A stretch of 64,000 nt of DNA from the human T2T-CHM13v2.0 reference genome, Homo sapiens (GCF_009914755.1 NC_060934.1), one strand, 5' to 3'; positions 1-13,810 are shown, counted from the first letter of the stretch. Numbers and translations: made by a program. Notes: generated by a model from the sequence alone, not told the origin.

Positions 1-1699
1 GAGACTAAGTGAAACTGTAAATACTCATCCTGGAACTTAAAAAAAAAAAATTTCTGTCCTTTTATTCCAACTGTCTTATATTGAATTGGAATGCTGAGTC
101 TTCATCCACCTGAGACTGGACAGTCGAGTCTCTGACGCTGTCCATTCATCTCGGAAATACCAGGAGGCTCATCCCTGCAGTGCTGAATCCCAGGCTCCTT
201 GTCTGTAATTGGACCACCCCAGTCTTTATGTCATGTCAGTTTTCGTTGGGTCTTTATTGACTAAAAATATAGTCAGGGTTAATAGCTTAATAATAGCAGG
301 GTTCTTCTTTTGCCAAGAGTTATATATTAAATATTATTTAAAGTGGCTATGGTCCCTAGAAATTAAGATTTGCCTTTTGGTGTGAAATTGTGTATTTGTA
401 TGTTATAGGTAGAAAAATTTATCTGGGTTCCAACTTGCTGTCACATTGATTTCATAGTAATGTGATGAACCTAATTTTCTTTACAGCATAGAGAAAAAAA
501 CAAAATTTAGTTTGCTATTAAGTACACATTATTAAAATACATTTCTCCAAAACTTCTGAAAAACAGTGTATTTGTTTGAAACTCAACATTTCTTCTTAAG
601 ATGCTATCGGCTGGCTTCTGGCTTTCTCCCCCAGTCTATTAACATGTGATTTGTGGTGAAAACCTCACCATATTTATTCTGTGGCCAACATGGCTGACTT
701 CTCAGTGTTAAAGACTCATTTGGGTATTACTGTTTGGTAGTACCCTTCTGTTTTTTTCTGTGCCTATCTTTTGAAAGCGATTTGATTTTTATGATTCAAT
801 TGTCTATATATGTGTCCCGATTTATATAATGCAGATAAATGTTTAATTTTTGCTTTAGAAACTGTTGATTAATATTTCACCACTAATAGATTTTAATTAG
901 GATTCATCAGTGTGCTTCATATGTGCATGTATGTATTATGTCAGTGTTCCTGATTTGTCAGTTAGGATTTTGTCAATTTCTTGGGGAAAACTACTTCTTG
1001 GGATAGCTATGTAATAAGAGCTATGGCAAGGTCTGAGCTTTCCATTGTAGAATAAGCTGTATTGGTATGTAGTGAATATCATTTACTGAATTTAGTATAA
1101 CAAAGTAAAAATATAAAATAAGTACCTAAAAGTTTGTCTAGAGGTGTCACTAAGAAAGATAAATAAGAGTTCAGCTATGGAATTAATTCTCCTTGTGGTG
1201 CCCCTAGTGCATTAGATCATAGGTTCAGCATTGTTAAAACTTTCAGATTGCAGAAATCATTGGATTATTATGAAGTTCTGTTAATTGAAAAATTTTAGTA
1301 ATTTAGTTATTTTCTCAGTGCCAAAAGGTATTATTATGAAATAGATGATAAATGTAAACAACTGTACAATGTGTTTTTCTAGAATAGTTTTGCAAAAGAT
1401 TTCTGGAGTTTTATTCAGCAAATAAGATAATATTGGAATTTGCCCAGCATTTTTACTTCCACTCTGTTGCTTTGCATGAATTCATTAATCTTTAAATCAT
1501 GTGCAGTGCAAAAGTGATTGTCCATATAGACTGTTCACTTTTCTTGCTTAACTTATAAAAACACTATAGAGACTGAAGCTTTACTTTCTCATGTATGTCC
1601 GTGTCCTTTACATTTAAACTTTAGACATACTACCTGAGACCATGAAAAGCTTTAGAATAATACCTGTAAACTATTAATTATAGTGATGACAGAATACTA

Positions 1700-1900
1700 A
1701 TAGTTAACCAAGTGCTTACTTTGTGCCAATTACTGTGCTTAGTGCTTTATGTTTCCCCATTTAATCTCCAACAACTAGATTTTCTACTCTTCCCATTTTA
1801 AAGAGATGAAAACACAGATTTAGTGTGGGCAAGTAATTCATCCAAGAGTATAAGGAAGAGCCAGGGCTTAAGCCCAGGTTTCTTTAATTGCAGAAACCAC
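1700..1900 (-). mobile_element. MIR SINE remnant
   Basis: agtgcttactttgtgcc...atttaatctcc...cccattttaaagagatgaaaac resembles the MIR core. Confidence 0.6.
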
Positions 1901-2386
1901 AGTTAACCATTATACTTTACTCTCTTGTCAGGATTTATTTAATAAAAGAGACAAAACAAAAAGAAAACTTTGGAAAGAAAAATGGATAACCCTGGTTAGT
2001 GAGCTCTGCTAGATTGCTTATTTGAGGACCAGCTATAATAAACCTTCTGAGTCTCAAAAAGTATAAATTCCCATGTGTATAAAAGCTTAGGAAAGTGTTT
2101 CTTCAAATTGTATGTGTATTAATGTAAGTTTTAAGGTCTTTCTGTGAAAAATCTATTCCTGGAATTAGGCAAGGCTTTTGAGCACGTGAGGTTAGGCCCA
2201 TTTTTTTTATAAGGAAGTGGACCAGAGAAATTCATTCTTCTTTGTGTGTTTGTTTAAACACATAGTTTGGGTTTCTTTTATAAAAGATAAATGTGTTAAG
2301 TGATTAAAGTCTTGAGAAAAGACTTTTCTTGCAAAGTGCTGGAACTCCCACTGAATTAATGCTCTTCCATGATGTCATTTTGAAAG

Positions 2387-2471
2387 GTACAAGTAATGGT
2401 TCTGTCCTGGTGTACCATCTCACCAGTGGTCTGCTACACAAAGAGTTAAGCATCCACTCATGTGAAGTCAA
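2387..2471 (+). CDS. WDR11: WDR11 exon 11 (GTSNGSVLVYHLTSGLLHKELSIHSCEVK)
   Basis: ttttgaaag| ... AA|gtaagt; 85 nt. Confidence 0.93.
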
Positions 2472-2689
2472 GTAAGTATGTCATTGTGATGATGACATCA
2501 CAAACATCATATCAGAAAAAAAATTCTCATAGACTTTTCTACATTGAGTACTCTGTAATATCTGCAGTGGTGATTATTTGAAAAGTTTGAATAATATTCA
2601 TGTCCAACTAATGGCTATGTTAATCAAGGATGATAACTAATTCTTTGCTGTGTAAAGAACATAAGCAGTAGAGAATGTTTTCTCTTTTA

Positions 2690-2822
2690 TTAGGTTGGTG
2701 CAAAAGTAATTGCGGTTTTTGCAGTTTTTTTTTTGTTTTTTTTTGTTGTTGTTGTTGTTTGTTTTGTTTTGTTTTTTTTTTTTTTAAATGGCAAAAAACA
2801 CAGCTATTTTTGTACCAACTAA
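2690..2822. mobile_element. MADE1 (Hsmar1-derived mariner MITE) with T-rich expanded spacer
   Basis: ttaggttggtgcaaaagtaattgcggtttttgc ... gcaaaaaacacagctatttttgtaccaactaa inverted arms; TA on both flanks. Confidence 0.85.
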
Positions 2823-2929
2823 TATTGTTGCACCTCATTTATTTCTCCTAAGGGCCAGGCTGTTTTCTCACTGGATATCCTTACGTTGCCTTGTTCAGGT
2901 TTATTTTATTTATTTATTTTGCTCAAAAT

Positions 2930-3338
2930 TATTATTTTTTATTATTTTAAAATTTTTTTTACTTTAAGTTCCTGGATACATGTGCAGAATGCGTGCATTT
3001 GTTACATAGTTATACATGTGCCTTGGTGGTTTGCTGCACCTGTCAACCCATCACCTAGGTTTTAAGCTCCACATGCATTAGCTATTTGTCCTGATGCTCT
3101 CCCTCCCCTCACATGCCCCCGCCAACAGGCCCTAGTGTGTGTTGTTCCCCTCCCTGTGTCCATGTGTTCTCATTGTTCAACTCCCACTTATGAGTGAGAA
3201 CATACAGTGTTTGGTTTTTCTGTTCCTGTGTTAGTTTGCTGAGGATGATGGCTTCCAGCTCCATCCATATCCCTGCAAAGGACATGATCTCCCTTTTTAT
3301 GACTGCATAGTATTCCATGGTGTGTATGTACCACATTT
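2930..3338 (-). mobile_element. L1PA (about PA8-PA11) 3' end fragment
   Basis: Poly-T tail, L1 3' UTR and ORF2 C-terminus (ORF 3109..3336). Confidence 0.85.
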
Positions 3339-3340
3339 CC

Positions 3341-3718
3341 TCTTTCTTTTTTTTTCTTTAATTTTACTTTAAGTTCTGGGATACATGTGCAGAATGTGCA
3401 GGTTTGTTACATAGATATACATGTGCCTTGGTGGTTTGCTGCACCTGTCAACCCGTCATCTAGGTTTTAAGCCCCACATGCATTAGGTATTTCTCCTAAT
3501 GCTCTCCCTCCCCTTGCCCCTCAATCCCCGACAGGCCCCAGTGTGTGATGTTCCTCTCGCTGTGTCTATGTGTTCTCATCGTTCAACTCCCACTTATGAG
3601 TGAGAACATGCAGTGTTTGGTTTTCTGTTCCTCTGTTAGTCTGCTGAGAATGATGGCTTCCAGTTTCATCCATGTCCCTGCAAAGGACATGAACTCATTC
3701 TTTTTTATGGCTGCGTAT
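3341..3718 (-). mobile_element. Second L1PA (about PA8) 3' end fragment, tandem to the first
   Basis: ttttactttaagttctgggatacatgtgcag...ggacatgaactcatt. Confidence 0.85.
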
Positions 3719-4057
3719 TTTTCATTTCTATAACGATCCATCAGTAGGACTGCTTATGACAAATTCAAATAAAGTCATTTTAATTGTTAATTTGTCTTAT
3801 TTATTCTTTGTTTAAACATCATCAGAACGCTGCATAGCATTTATTTGATTTTTAGGACATGATCTGCTTATGAGTTCTGTGTATGCAGAGCTGTCCGAGG
3901 GAAAGCTAAATTGACGGAAAAGTGCTTCTTGCTTTCTGTTCCAAAATGCCTACCTGTGCTGTCCATAGCATTATTTCGCTGAATGCAAGGCTATTTTCCT
4001 TTTGTGTCCTATCAGTGATAGATCGTAGAGTTACATATATAAAATATGAATTTCCAC

Positions 4058-4385
<328 letters not shown>

Positions 4386-4520
4386 TGAAAGCATAAGAAG
4401 TCATTTTCTGTTTTCTGTACATTAAATAATTGTAGGTCTTGTGTATAAAAATTCTCAGTGAACCCTTAGCAAACACATTATCCTGAGTACATGCATTTTC
4501 TTAATGGAGAAGGGTTAACC

Positions 4521-4830
<310 letters not shown>

Positions 4831-5289
4831 AGGTTAACCTTTTAAGTATCACAGCTTCTGATTGTGATGGAAATCTCTGAAAAGTTTGCATTGTCTTACT
4901 GTTTCAAGTGCATTGTTGTGTGGTGCAGCCCAGGTGACTGTTTATTGCCACCTTACGCTGTTCCTATACAGCATCTCCCCAGATACATTTACGTGGAATA
5001 ATAATGTCTTTAAAAGCTTTGGGCTTTTGAGGTGCAGTGACACAGGTATCTGTTTGGACTCTTTCAGGCTGTTATTCATCTCTTCTCTTCTGTTGCAGTG
5101 TCTGTAGCTTGCCATTCTGGCACTTCTAGTAGTCTCTGCTTACACTGCTGAATCTTCTCTCTCTCTCTTTCCCATCTCCTCTTCTCTCGACATTTCCTTT
5201 CACCCTGCCTTGTGTGTCTGGTGTTTCCTTTTATGGTCAGCACTAACCAATCGAAACTCTCCATTTAATCACTACTTATTCTAGGGATT

Positions 5290-5480
5290 ATGTTAACTAT
5301 TAATACTTCACACGTATCATTTCATTGAATCCCCACTACAATCGTATGGGGCAGGTATTGTATTTCCAGTCTACAGAGTAAGAAACTGAAAATTACAGAG
5401 TAATCTGTGAAGGAGCTAGATGGAATTCACTCTGGGCCTTTGAAGCCTCAGAACCTGAACTCTTCACTTATACTTACAGT
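5290..5480 (-). mobile_element. MIR remnant
   Basis: tcattgaatcccc...ctacagagtaagaaactgaa MIR core. Confidence 0.55.
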
Positions 5481-6009
5481 GCATGTGCTGCATCTCCTGC
5501 TAAAATACGCACATAGGTTAGTAGGAATCATGTTGGCAGTAAAATTAAAATGTTGGCTGAGCCAAGATTTGTGCTAAGAATTTCACACATGCTTCTGAAA
5601 AATCAAACATGTTGTCTTTTCAAACACAGAAAGTTTTAATAGCTAATTAATCAGAGAGGTATTAATTTTAAGTAAGGTTTATTATCCTGGATTAGTCAGG
5701 TTATAGATGTCACTAAATACTTGACTTATACATGTTAAGATAATATTTATGGTTGAGTAACATTGAAATTGATTATAAGTGTTACTTGGGATACTAACTC
5801 TGAGGGATATACTACTCATCAGATAAATGTGAATGATCATACAAAGATACTCCATTTTTATATGAATTTTTCCTCTTCATTGCCATTTTGAAAATAATTT
5901 GTATTTTATATTCAGAGATACTGCCCAAGAGAACACTAAAATCCTGCTTTGTGTTTCAGTTAATGCAATTTTAGTATTATAATCAAAAGCCATTAAGAAA
6001 ATTTCACAG

Positions 6010-6195
6010 AAATACAAAAATTAGCTGGGCGTGGTAGCATACACCTGTAGGCTCAGCCATTTGGGAGCCTGAGGTGGGAGGATCTCTTGAACCTGGGAGG
6101 CAGAGGTTGCAGTAAGTTGAGATTGTGTCACTGCACTCCAGCTTGGGTGACAGTGAGACCCTGTCTCAAAAAACACAAAACAAAACAAAACAAAA
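6010..6195 (+). mobile_element. Alu right monomer (FRAM/AluJ-like)
   Basis: aatacaaaaattagctgggc...ctcaaaa with (CAAAA)n tail. Confidence 0.85.
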
Positions 6196-6903
6196 CTTTC
6201 ACGATGTATTATAAAAATGTCTGAATTTATTAGCAGTAAACTCAAAACATTTTAGATTTTCATGTCCAAATAAGGTTAACTTTTAGAAAGTTGTTTTTCT
6301 ACCTTTTATTAAGTGTGTTTTTAAAAAATCATAATCTAAAGCACTTGAAGGTTGTATATACTGTGCCGGGGACTCATGACAGCAGATAGCACAAAGTGTG
6401 TGTGTTTTTAAAACCATGATGTTTTAACTTGTGATGCTTTATGAATATCTGTTGAATATCTTCTCTATGCTTATAAACAGAGAAAGCCTTTGAAGCTTAT
6501 AATGCAATGGAAGATACTTAGAAGTAAACAAAATAGAGAGGTATATGTAGATTTTCTTAGGTCATTAGTTTGTGTCTTTGTCTGGTAGGCTGAAACTACT
6601 GTCATATGACTCTCTCCCTGGCCAGATTTTAATAGTCATACTAATACTGATGTGAATCCTGATAATTAAACTATCTTGTCATTACATTTGTAGATAAAGT
6701 TTTGGTTAGAAATGATTTTGTATGTGTTAGGTATGGTAATACAGTCTCAAATAAAAGGTCATGTTAAGATAAAAGGTCATGCTTACTTTTTAATTAATTT
6801 GTGTAATAAAATTTAGGTCTTTGGAAAACTTATTTTTCAAATAAATGAACCTTTCAAATAAAAAAGAGAATTAGTTTAACCTTTATCTCATTTCCTATTA
6901 TAG

Positions 6904-7010
6904 GGGTATTGAATGGACAAGTTTGACTAGTTTTCTTTCTTTTGCTACCTCAACACCAAACAATATGGGATTAGTGAGAAATGAACTTCAACTGGTTGAT
7001 CTTCCAACAG
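6904..7010 (+). CDS. WDR11: WDR11 exon 12 (GIEWTSLTSFLSFATSTPNNMGLVRNELQLVDLPT)
   Basis: ttatag| ... ACAG|gtttgt; 107 nt. Confidence 0.95.
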
Positions 7011-8927
7011 GTTTGTTTTTAAAGATCCAAATAGGTTTGTCATATTGAATAAACATGTTGCCATTTATAAAACATGTTTGAAAGTACTTCTTTCACCTTG
7101 GAATTTTTTTTTATATTTCATGCTTATATATTTATTCTTTTATTCTCTAATAATTGCCCTAGAAAGGCCTCATCATTGTTTACATGGAAATGTTGTTGGC
7201 ACAAATACATGGTAAAATGGAGGACCATTAGCCTGAACAGACAGATTCATTAAAAAATAGGATACCGGTTCTACTTTTAAGTGCATTGTTATATGTAACC
7301 AACTTTAAAAGATCGATTTAAAAATAACTCTGTCAATGGACTTTATTAGAGTCTGTGCTGGAAATTTTGGCTTTTATAGGAAACACTTAGAAAATTTATA
7401 GGTTAAGGATTGTTTTTAAATGCTCAAATTTAAAACTTGTAATAGTCTCTGGCTGAATGAATAGAGAAACTTAATTTGGGATTTTGAAGATTCTACAGTA
7501 GGAAACGTCCCAATAAGGTAACTTTTTCAGAATTGAAAGCCTAAACCCAGTGAATTTCAAAATAAAGAATTTGAAAATATAATAAGGAAAGAGTTTCAAA
7601 TTATTTTCTGGTGTATGCAGTAGTTTCAAAGAGGTTTTTTTAAAAATAAAATTGTGATGAGTTTCTTTAAAATGGTATAGCAACACGAATCATATGTAGA
7701 TGATCTTAACCAATGAGAGCATGTGTATGTATGTGTAAAATGAATTAAATCAAATAAATGGTTGTAAATCAAGTAAGTTGTAAATAAATGAAGTACATGG
7801 TTGCTTTTTTATGTTCTCCATATGTATTTTCAAGCTCTCAAAGATCCAGTTGTTCTTACTTCTCAGGGTATGTTGCTGAACTTCCAGGAATCATTCCCGT
7901 CTTTAGTCCAGTGTTGCTGCTCTAGTCTCATTGGAAGTGACCTGTCCACTGACTCTCATCCCCAAGTTCCTAATTTGCCAGCAGAATGGTACTGGCCCTG
8001 TGTCTAGTGATCCCAGGGATAAAATGCTGTTGTCTAGTATCATTGACTTAAAAAAAAGAAAAAAAATCCCTGTTTTATTTGTTTTGGTCAGCTCAAGTTC
8101 AGGACTGTTAGATAACTTAAAATCTGCTTTGCACAGATGTATTTTTAAGGAACAAACATCTACAGTAACAGTTACAGATTTCCTTAAGTGGGATATTTGA
8201 GTTCATAGATGGTAGACTTTTATAGCCTGGGCTTCTAAGGAGGGCAGCAGACTAGTGCAGTCAGGACAGGACATGGGCTGTTTGGGGTATAATAATAGTG
8301 AGTATAGTGAGATTCCACATGATGGAATCTCAACAAAGAGTAGGAAGGCGTTTAGGCCTTCAGTTGTCCTTGAATTGAGTATGTTCTCTCTTTTGTTTAA
8401 TTTAGATAAAAATCTAACACAAGATACTAAAACATACAAGGTAGAATTTATACTTTTTTTATTCACAGAAAATCATGTAACTTCCTTTGCGGGTAACTCA
8501 TTCTTTCACAGCATACATGAACACCGTAGTTATTCCCTAGTTTCCAGTTTATAAAGATGTTTTGAGAGGAACATGTTCAAAATATTTAACTAGTATTTTG
8601 CACATGGGACAAGAAGATCTTAAATACATGTTTCAAGAGTTTTTCCCCCACTAGTTAGTATTTGGAAACATGGGAATGTTTGTATTAAATATTACTTTAA
8701 ATAAGTAGTTTTCGCACCAGACAATTGCTGTACCATAAATATCTTAAAACTTAACATTGTTTTTTTAAATTTCTAAAATTGAATTATAGAATTCAAGAAA
8801 CTGTGTGACAAATGAAAATGCCTTTTTACAAAATAAATATCTGAATATGTGATATATTATTGATCATTAGTTTGTAACACTTTTAAGAATATTCTTTGAA
8901 CTTACATTATTAGAAACAGCTTAGAAG

Positions 8928-9229
<302 letters not shown>

Positions 9230-9376
9230 AGAAACAGATTAGAAGCAAATGGAAGAATGAATAGGAGAACAGAGGGTAGGATGGGTAGGACTGATCAAAT
9301 TACATTGGCGTGGCTTCTTGTTTTTCATACATGTTTTATGCACTGTTCTCACTTTTTTAAATATTTGCAATTAAAG

Positions 9377-9452
9377 GTAGGAGCATTGCTTTTCGTGGTG
9401 AAAGAGGCAATGATGAATCTGCCATCGAAATGATTAAAGTATCTCATTTGAA
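9377..9452 (+). CDS. WDR11: WDR11 exon 13 (GRSIAFRGERGNDESAIEMIKVSHLK)
   Basis: ttaaag| ... AA|gtaagt; 76 nt. Confidence 0.94.
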
Positions 9453-9889
9453 GTAAGTGTCAACCTAAAAAAAAATCTATGGTGTTATCACAATGAAATC
9501 TCGTGGATTTTTTTAATCTTTAAGAAAATGGGAATGTGCTGGAATGCATATGGAATCTTTTTAGTGATAGCAAATGGTGATATGCAGCCCAAAGAAAATA
9601 TTTTGATTACAAAATTAAGTTGCTATCACTTTTAATTCTCTACTTCTAAAAAGATGAAGTAACTTTTGCATGAATCGTTATTTACTTTCGGATAAAGTTC
9701 TTATGTACTTCTATCTAAGCATGGAGTTACTGAGTGAAAGAACTCATTTTCTTTATGTATAATTTAAACTCATTTTGCTTCCAGAAATTGAGTTTTTTTG
9801 TTTCAGGGGAAAATAACATGTAAAGCAGTATTATTAAAAATAGAAACTGAATGAAAATCAATCAAAATTACAAAGAAAGAGTAAGCTTT

Positions 9890-11750
9890 CTAAAGTAGTT
9901 TTCAAACTTGTTTTGGCTTTTCTAAGATCTTTGCATTTCCATATAAATTTTAGAATCAGACTATCAGTTTTATCAAAAAATCTTCCTGAGATTTTGATTG
10001 GGATTGCATTGAACCCATCAATCAGTGAGGGGAAGAATTGGTATCTTAACAAGTTTTGTAACTCATGAACATGGTATGTCTCTCCACTTATTTAGGTCTT
10101 TTAAAATTTCAGCAATATTTTGTAGTTTTCAGTGTGTAAGTCTTACATATTATTTGTTTATTTTGTGTTTTCTTTGATGCTTTTATAAATGACATTTTTA
10201 AATTTCAATTATTTATTATTTGTATATTAAAATACAGTTAATTTTCTGATATTGACCTTGTGCCTTGTGACCATGCTAAGCTTAGTTATTACTTCTAGTA
10301 TAGGTGCTTTTGTTAATTCTTTAGGATTTTCTATAGAGACAGTCTCGTTTGCTAGTAAAGACATCTTTACATCTTTTCGATCTATAGGCCTTCTTTTTGC
10401 TTGCACTAATTAGGACCTCCTGTATAGCGTTGATTAGAACTGAGATGTCAGCTACGAGCTGACATCTTTGCTCTGATCCTGGACCTTATGGAGAAAGCAT
10501 TCAGTCTTTCAACATTAAGGATGATACTAGCTGTAGATTTTTTGTATATTTCCTTTATCAAGTTGAAAAAGTTTTATTCCTAGTTTGCTGAGCCTTTGTA
10601 TTATGAGTAGGTGTTGAATTTATCAAATGCTTTTTCTGTATTCATTGATATCATCATATGGTGTGTGTGTGTTATTTTGTTTTTCTTTTTGAAGTTCACT
10701 AATATGGTGAATTACATTGATTGATTTTCAGATGTTAAGCCAACATGACATTCCCGGAATAAACTCTAGTTGGTCGTGATGTATTACTGTTTTGACATAT
10801 TGCTGGATTTGATTTATTGATATATTATTAAGAGTTTTATGATATATTATTAAGAGTTTTTATATCTATGTTCATGAAGGATATTGGTGTCGTTTTTATG
10901 TAATATCCTTTGTTTTGGTATCAGGGTAATACTGACCTTGCAGAACGTGTTGTAAAGTATTCTCTCTCCTTTTTTTTTGAATGAGTTTGTGTAGAATTGA
11001 TATTATTCTTACTAAATGGGAAAAATTTATTAGGAAACCCATCTGAACCTAAAATTTTCTTTGTGGCAAAGTTTTTAAATACAAATTCAGTTTTGTTTTT
11101 TTTTTTCATAAATATAGGACTATTTAGATTCTCTTTTTTTGAGCTTTGGTAATTGGTGTCTTCCAAGTAATCTGTCCATTTTGTTGAAGTTGCTGAGTTT
11201 ATTAATTTATTGAAATAAGCTTGTTCATCATGGATCTATGATCAGTGATTATCTTTCCCACTCCTAATATCAGTAAATTATATCAACCAATTTTATTTAT
11301 TGATCTTTTCCAAGAAACTACTTTTGATTCATTTGATTCTTCTCTATGATTTTTCCATTTTCAATTTCATTGTCTGTCATGCTTATCTTTTGTTCTTCTG
11401 CTTACTTTTTAAATATGCTCTCCTTTTTTTACATAGTTTTCTAAAATAGAAACTTAGATAATTGAATTAAGTTGATTCTCTAAAATGTAATGTAAACAGT
11501 TAATGCTATATGAGCACCAGTTTTCCTGTATCCTACAATTTTTGTTATGGTTATATGTTTTCATTTTAATTCACATTATAATCTTTAAAAATTTCCATGG
11601 GGTGTTATTCAGAGGTATATTTTTTAACTTCAAACTATTTGGGTGTTTTGCCAGGTATCTTTCTGTAAATTTCTACTTTCTGTTGGGGTCACACATGGTC
11701 CTGAGTGGAAGAATCTCAGTCCTTTGATACAGGGAGTACAGGGATCTTCC
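9890..11750 (-). mobile_element. Old L1M ORF2 remnant
   Basis: Degenerate ORF2 peptides FNAIPIKI...LILKFIWK and LGSDGF on the minus strand. Confidence 0.75.
10818..10861. repeat. 22-bp tandem duplication (tgatatattattaagagtttta x2)
   Basis: Directly visible, inside the old L1M. Confidence 0.85.
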
Positions 11751-12330
11751 TACTCTGTCACATTTCCTCTATGTCAGCCATCATTTGCTGATAATATTTT
11801 AGTTCCTCATAATGCTTATTGAGTAATCAGTGCTCAAATTATATTTGTTGAATTGCACTCGTTGATGTCATTCAGTACTTCTTTCAGGCTTAACAGAAAG
11901 TGAATAAAGTGGCATTTGTTGAATACCAACTGTAGTAGAATGATAGAAACTTTACATACTTTTTCATTGAATGTTTACCATAATCTGTATATCAATTAAT
12001 TGAGGTACATGATGAGATTCTCCTGTCATGTGTGAGAAGTTGAGCCTCAGGAGGGTTAACATAAGTTGTGGCATCAGGGTTTGAATCTATGCCACTCTTT
12101 CTTCCAAGTTGGACTCCTTGCCTAATTGTGTGAGACTGTATGTTCTCTTACAGGTCACTTAGAGCTTTACCTTCTTATGACTGTTAATCATGGTGCTAAA
12201 TGGTAGTTTAAATTGTCTATATTTAGAATGCGTCAGCTGAGTTTTTCAATTTACTGAACTTTTTATTTGCTCTAATTCATGGTGAAATTTTTGCAAAAAG
12301 GGGCTTATTTAGTAATTTTGTTTATTTTAG

Positions 12331-12439
12331 GCAGTATTTGGCAGTCGTATTCAGAGATAAACCCCTGGAGCTATGGGATGTTAGGACTTGTACCCTTCTT
12401 AGAGAGATGTCCAAAAACTTCCCTACAATAACTGCTTTG
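12331..12439 (+). CDS. WDR11: WDR11 exon 14 (QYLAVVFRDKPLELWDVRTCTLLREMSKNFPTITAL)
   Basis: ttttag| ... TTG|gtaagt; 109 nt; WD dipeptide. Confidence 0.95.
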
Positions 12440-12579
12440 GTAAGTTACAATTTAAGAATTTAATAGCTTATTTAGGTATATATGTATGTGGTGAATGTTT
12501 TGCTTAAGCTTGAATCAAAATCATTACTGCCAATGTCATTTTTTTGGTTAAAAATGTGTGTTCAGAGAAGATGATCTAA

Positions 12580-13810
12580 ATAAATGGAGATAATTCTTAT
12601 TTTCTTGGATAAATCAACCTAATATCATATTAGTGCAATTCCAATTCAAGTTTCATTTGGATATTTTGAGGAATATGGTAAACATATTCAAAAATGTTTA
12701 TGAAAGAATAAAGGTCCTAAATAGCTAAGTCATCCTTGAATAAAGAGGAGTAAATGTGGGAGGTGTGGGTGGGGTTGGCCCTTCCTACCTGATATTAGTA
12801 CATCTTACAAAACCATGGAAATAAAATCAGTATTGTATTGGCACAAGAATAGAAAGTGAGTCAACCTAATAAAGAGCTCAGGAACAGACCCATGAATATT
12901 TGGGGACTTAATATACAGTAAAGTAGCACAAATCAAAGAGGATGGACAGACTGTGTAGTAGACGGTGTTGGGAAAACTGTCTCACTTTATGGAGAAAAAT
13001 ACTTGATCTCTACTTAATACCGTATAGAGAAGTGAGTGTCACAGGACTAAAGACCTAAATGTAAAAATGTAAAGCTATAAAATTGAATATAACAAAATAC
13101 AAAATATTGCTGTGACCTAGAGGCAGGAGGAGACATCAGAAGCTCAAACCAAAAGGCAAAAAAAAAAAAGAAACAATGCATTTAATTAATCAAGATTAAT
13201 GCTTTTTGTTTGATGAAGATGTCAAAGTTAAATACAGAAGACATTTTGGGAAAACAAATTTTCCAGTGTCTAAATTTAACTAGAAACTCCTGCAAGTCAA
13301 CAGTGAAAAAAAGCGGGAACCCTAGTGAGAAAATGAACAAAGTCTGTGAAGAGCTAATGAGAGGCAGAGAAACCTAAAAGGCCAACAAGCCATATAAAGG
13401 AATGTTCAAACTCATCAGTTTTCAGAGATGTTCAAACCATGATATGGATCTACCGTTTAGACTAACAAAAACTGGACAGCCATATAGTGTTAAGTACGGG
13501 TGGAACATAGGGTATGGGAATCCTTGTGCATTGCTGGTAGGAATGTAGACCAATGCAGCCATTCTGTAAAGCACGCTGGCAGCACTTGGGCAAACACAGA
13601 CATCTTCTGTGTCCGCTGAGCTCTTGGTCGTAAATGAACTTTTGCAAGGATATTGACTGGTGTGTTTTGTCATGATGTGAGTTTGGAGACCATCTGTGTG
13701 TTTTTACTGAGAGAGGAGACAGATTAACAATTGGCTGATGCACCCATGGAGTATTACGTAGCATGCAGAAACAGGAGGAAGAGGACTTAAATACAGTGGA
13801 AAGAGTAAGA
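12580..13810 (+). mobile_element. Old L1ME/L1M 3' ORF2 and 3' UTR remnant
   Basis: gcaattccaattcaa, ttggcacaagaatag, ggtgttgggaaaactg, gcattgctggtaggaatgtag motifs. Confidence 0.65.
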
